Shown here piece after piece: positions 40,100 through 42,444 of a DNA stretch of 42,444 nt. Origin of the DNA: a virus. The position numbers and the translations under genes were made by a program. Under the pieces are notes generated by a model. The model searched no databases, had not been told where the DNA came from, and was given only the letters and a program-made list of their open reading frames with translations. The DNA lies in IMG/VR virus record IMGVR_UViG_3300012347_000185, positions 1-42,444 of that record. The stretch is one strand, 5' to 3'. Position 1 is the stretch's first letter. Every line of letters begins with the position of its first letter.

Positions 40100-40133
40100 C
40101 CTATAGTTACCACCACAACAGGAACCATTAGAA

Positions 40134-42444
40134 ATGCAAAACTTTAACCTTGAAGAAGACTTGATGTCACTCCAGATTCAACTGGAGGAGGGGATGACCC
40201 AACGAGGCGCTGAGAAGTACCTCCGGGATGTCTCCAAGGCCATCTCTGCTGGCCGTGAGGAGTCCACCGCATACGGGACAACCATCCTGTCCCACCGCCT
40301 GGAGACCCTCTCCAAGGCCATCGACGAGTGGAAGCAGGTCACCTCCAAGGGTTCCGCTGGGGTGCGCTCTGCGACCTACCCCAAGGTCAAGGACGTAGAC
40401 AGCCGTTTGCTGGCCTTCCTGACCCTCAAGAGCGTCCTGTCGGGCATCTCCAGCCTCAGGACCCTCCAGTTCGTCGGAGTGGCCATAGGGTCGGCTGTGG
40501 AGGACGAGCTGCGGTTCAGCCTGATCCGGGAGACCGAGCGCAAGGCCTACGAGAAGCTGGTCATCGGTGCCAAGAAGCGCACCTCAGGTCACTACCGCCA
40601 CATGTACGCCGTGCGTCAGGCAGATCGTCTCGAGGATGGCTGGAAGCGGTGGGCCCGGACTGACCGCCTCCATGTGGGCATCAAGCTCCTCGACCTGTGC
40701 ATCCAGTCCGTGGGTCTGGTCGAGCTAACCCACCAGAAGGTTGATAAAGATCAATCGATCAAGTACGTGAAGGCCCTGCCCGAGACCCTCGACTGGATCG
40801 AGAAAAAGAACGAGGTCACCCAGTTCCTGCGCCCCGTCTATGAACCCATGGTCGTGATCCCCCGTGATTGGACCACGCCCTTCAACGGGGGGTACATCAG
40901 CTCCAACATCAAGCCCTTGAAAATGGTCAAGACCAAAAACAAGGCCTACCTAGACGAGCTGAAGAACACCGACATGCCCATCGTCTACGAGGCCGTGAAC
41001 GCCCTGCAGAGGACCGCATGGCAGATCAACAGCCAGGTGCTGGAGGTCATGGAGGAACTGTGGGCCACAGGGTCTGAGATCGCAGGGTTGCCTCCTCGTG
41101 AGGGTCTCCCATTGCCCACCAAGCCTCACGACATCGACTCGAATGAGGAAGCCAAGCGTGAGTACCGCATCAAGGCGGCAAAGATCCACGTTCAGAACCT
41201 CTCCCTGCTGGGCCAGAGGATCGGCTTCAACATGGCTCTGGGAATCGCTCGTCGCTACGAGAAGTTCCGCAAGATCCACATGCCCTACCAGTTGGACTTC
41301 CGTGGTCGGATCTACGCGATCCCCCACCTGAATCCACAGGGGGCAGACTTTCAGAAGGCGCTCCTGCGGTTCGCCAATGGGAAACCGTTGGGGTCTGAGG
41401 GTTGGAAATGGTTGGCAATCCACGGTGCCAACGTTGCAGGCTACGACAAGGCCAGCTTTGAAGACCGTGTCAATTGGGTACAAGACAATGAAGATGAAAT
41501 TATCGCTATCGCATCAGACCCTTACAACAACCGAGGGTGGTGTTCTTCTGTGGGAGATGTGGAGATTGACAAGCCCTGGCAGTTCCTTGCCTTTTGCTTC
41601 GAGTGGGCCGGTTTCACCGAGCATGGTGAGTCGTTCGTATCGAAGCTGCCCGTGGCTATGGACGGTTCATGCTCTGGCATCCAGCACTTCTCGGCAATGC
41701 TACGCGATGAAGTCGGAGGATCTGCAGTCAACCTCGTCCCCAGGGAGCTTCCAGCAGATGTCTACCAGCTCGTGGCCAACAAGGTTATGGAACAAGTTGA
41801 GCACGATATTCTGCACGGCACCGAGGACGAGCTGAAGCACACCGAAGCCGGGGTTGCCTACGTCAAGCAGGGGACCAAGGCCATCGCTGCCCAGTGGAAG
41901 GAGTTTGGGATCACCCGCAAGGTGACCAAGCGATCCGTCATGACGCTGGCCTACGGGTCCAAGGAGTACGGCTTCAAGGAGCAGCTCATGGAGGACATCC
42001 TGCGTCCCGCCAAGCAGTCCAACAAGCCCTTCCCCTTCCAGGGTGACGGCTACCAGGCTGCTCAGTACATGGCCAAGGCGATCTGGGTCTCCGTGAACAA
42101 GGTGCTGGTGAAAGCTGGCGAGGCCATGAAGTGGCTCCAAGGTGCCGCCTCTCTGGCAGCATCTGAGGAACTCCCTGTCCGCTGGTCTACCGCCGTGGGC
42201 TTCCCCGTGATGCAGGCCTATGCCGATCTGGAGAAGCGCAAGGTCAAGACCGCGATCAACGGGAAGCTGGTGTACCTGACCATGTACCAAGACAAGGACA
42301 ATCTGGACCGCCGCAAGCAGTCCTCAGGGATCGCCCCCAACTTTGTCCACTCCTGCGATGCAGCACACATGATGCTGACCGTGACGAGGGCCAAGCAGGC
42401 AGGCATCGACAACTTCGCCATGATCCACGACTCGTTCGGGACCA
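40134..42444 (+). CDS. T7-like single-subunit RNA polymerase, N-terminal and central part (runs off the window; continues at base 56)
   Basis: MQNFNLEED... Contains YQLDFRGRIY, PWQFLAFCFEW, MDGSCSGIQHFSAMLRD, TRKVTKRSVMTLAYG, HDSFGT. Joined with 56..258 it gives an 837-aa protein. Confidence 0.95.
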   Translation, partial: MQNFNLEEDLMSLQIQLEEGMTQRGAEKYLRDVSKAISAGREESTAYGTTILSHRLETLSKAIDEWKQVTSKGSAGVRSATYPKVKDVDSRLLAFLTLKSVLSGISSLRTLQFVGVAIGSAVEDELRFSLIRETERKAYEKLVIGAKKRTSGHYRHMYAVRQADRLEDGWKRWARTDRLHVGIKLLDLCIQSVGLVELTHQKVDKDQSIKYVKALPETLDWIEKKNEVTQFLRPVYEPMVVIPRDWTTPFNGGYISSNIKPLKMVKTKNKAYLDELKNTDMPIVYEAVNALQRTAWQINSQVLEVMEELWATGSEIAGLPPREGLPLPTKPHDIDSNEEAKREYRIKAAKIHVQNLSLLGQRIGFNMALGIARRYEKFRKIHMPYQLDFRGRIYAIPHLNPQGADFQKALLRFANGKPLGSEGWKWLAIHGANVAGYDKASFEDRVNWVQDNEDEIIAIASDPYNNRGWCSSVGDVEIDKPWQFLAFCFEWAGFTEHGESFVSKLPVAMDGSCSGIQHFSAMLRDEVGGSAVNLVPRELPADVYQLVANKVMEQVEHDILHGTEDELKHTEAGVAYVKQGTKAIAAQWKEFGITRKVTKRSVMTLAYGSKEYGFKEQLMEDILRPAKQSNKPFPFQGDGYQAAQYMAKAIWVSVNKVLVKAGEAMKWLQGAASLAASEELPVRWSTAVGFPVMQAYADLEKRKVKTAINGKLVYLTMYQDKDNLDRRKQSSGIAPNFVHSCDAAHMMLTVTRAKQAGIDNFAMIHDSFGT
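42390..42444 (+). repeat. 55-nt terminal overlap identical to bases 1-55 (circular-assembly closure)
   Basis: Direct comparison of both ends shows every base identical. Confidence 0.98.

Noticed and set aside
1-42444. Cyanophage photosynthesis or carbon-metabolism auxiliary genes (psbA, hli, talC) and other defence-type systems (toxin-antitoxin, restriction-modification, retron)
   Set aside because: I found no ORF with recognisable motifs for any of these. The host assignment to cyanobacteria therefore rests only on overall gene content and remains unproven.

Overview
This window is a complete, circularly permuted genome of a T7-like podovirus. Bases 1-55 are identical to 42390-42444, giving a 42,389-bp unit, and the junction falls inside the single-subunit RNA polymerase gene. 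All convincing genes except one are on the + strand and follow T7 order: RNAP, gp2.5-like SSB, endonuclease I, amidase-lysozyme, primase-helicase, DNA polymerase, 5'-3' exonuclease, portal, scaffold, capsid, tail tube A/B, internal core proteins, tail fibre/spike cluster, and terminase small and large subunits. A nucleotide-metabolism set typical of marine cyanopodovirus-like phages is interleaved (ThyX, MazG, ribonucleotide reductase, PhoH, glutaredoxin). I saw no photosynthesis genes. The non-canonical content is as follows. (1) A 20-nt motif occurs six times, always on + and always at gene boundaries, and is probably the phage-RNAP promoter. (2) A lysogeny-type module lies just upstream of the RNAP gene: a lone minus-strand gene, a divergent promoter/operator region, a MarR-like regulator, a tyrosine integrase, a tRNA-Leu(GAG)-like 3' fragment as candidate attP core with its own terminator, and flanking TGTGACA/GACAAC repeats. 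(3) A 151-nt tRNA-like element sits between the helicase and polymerase genes. (4) A roughly 670-bp non-coding hub after the terminase/HNH genes holds two perfect DnaA boxes, an 11-bp phased tandem array containing GATCACCTC (the 16S 3'-end sequence), and a terminator. (5) There are two HNH endonuclease genes, plus AT-richer patches that suggest mosaicism. (6) A GC-rich early region carries translationally coupled micro-genes, several below the 60-aa cutoff of the ORF track. All homology calls are from motif memory; no database search was possible.
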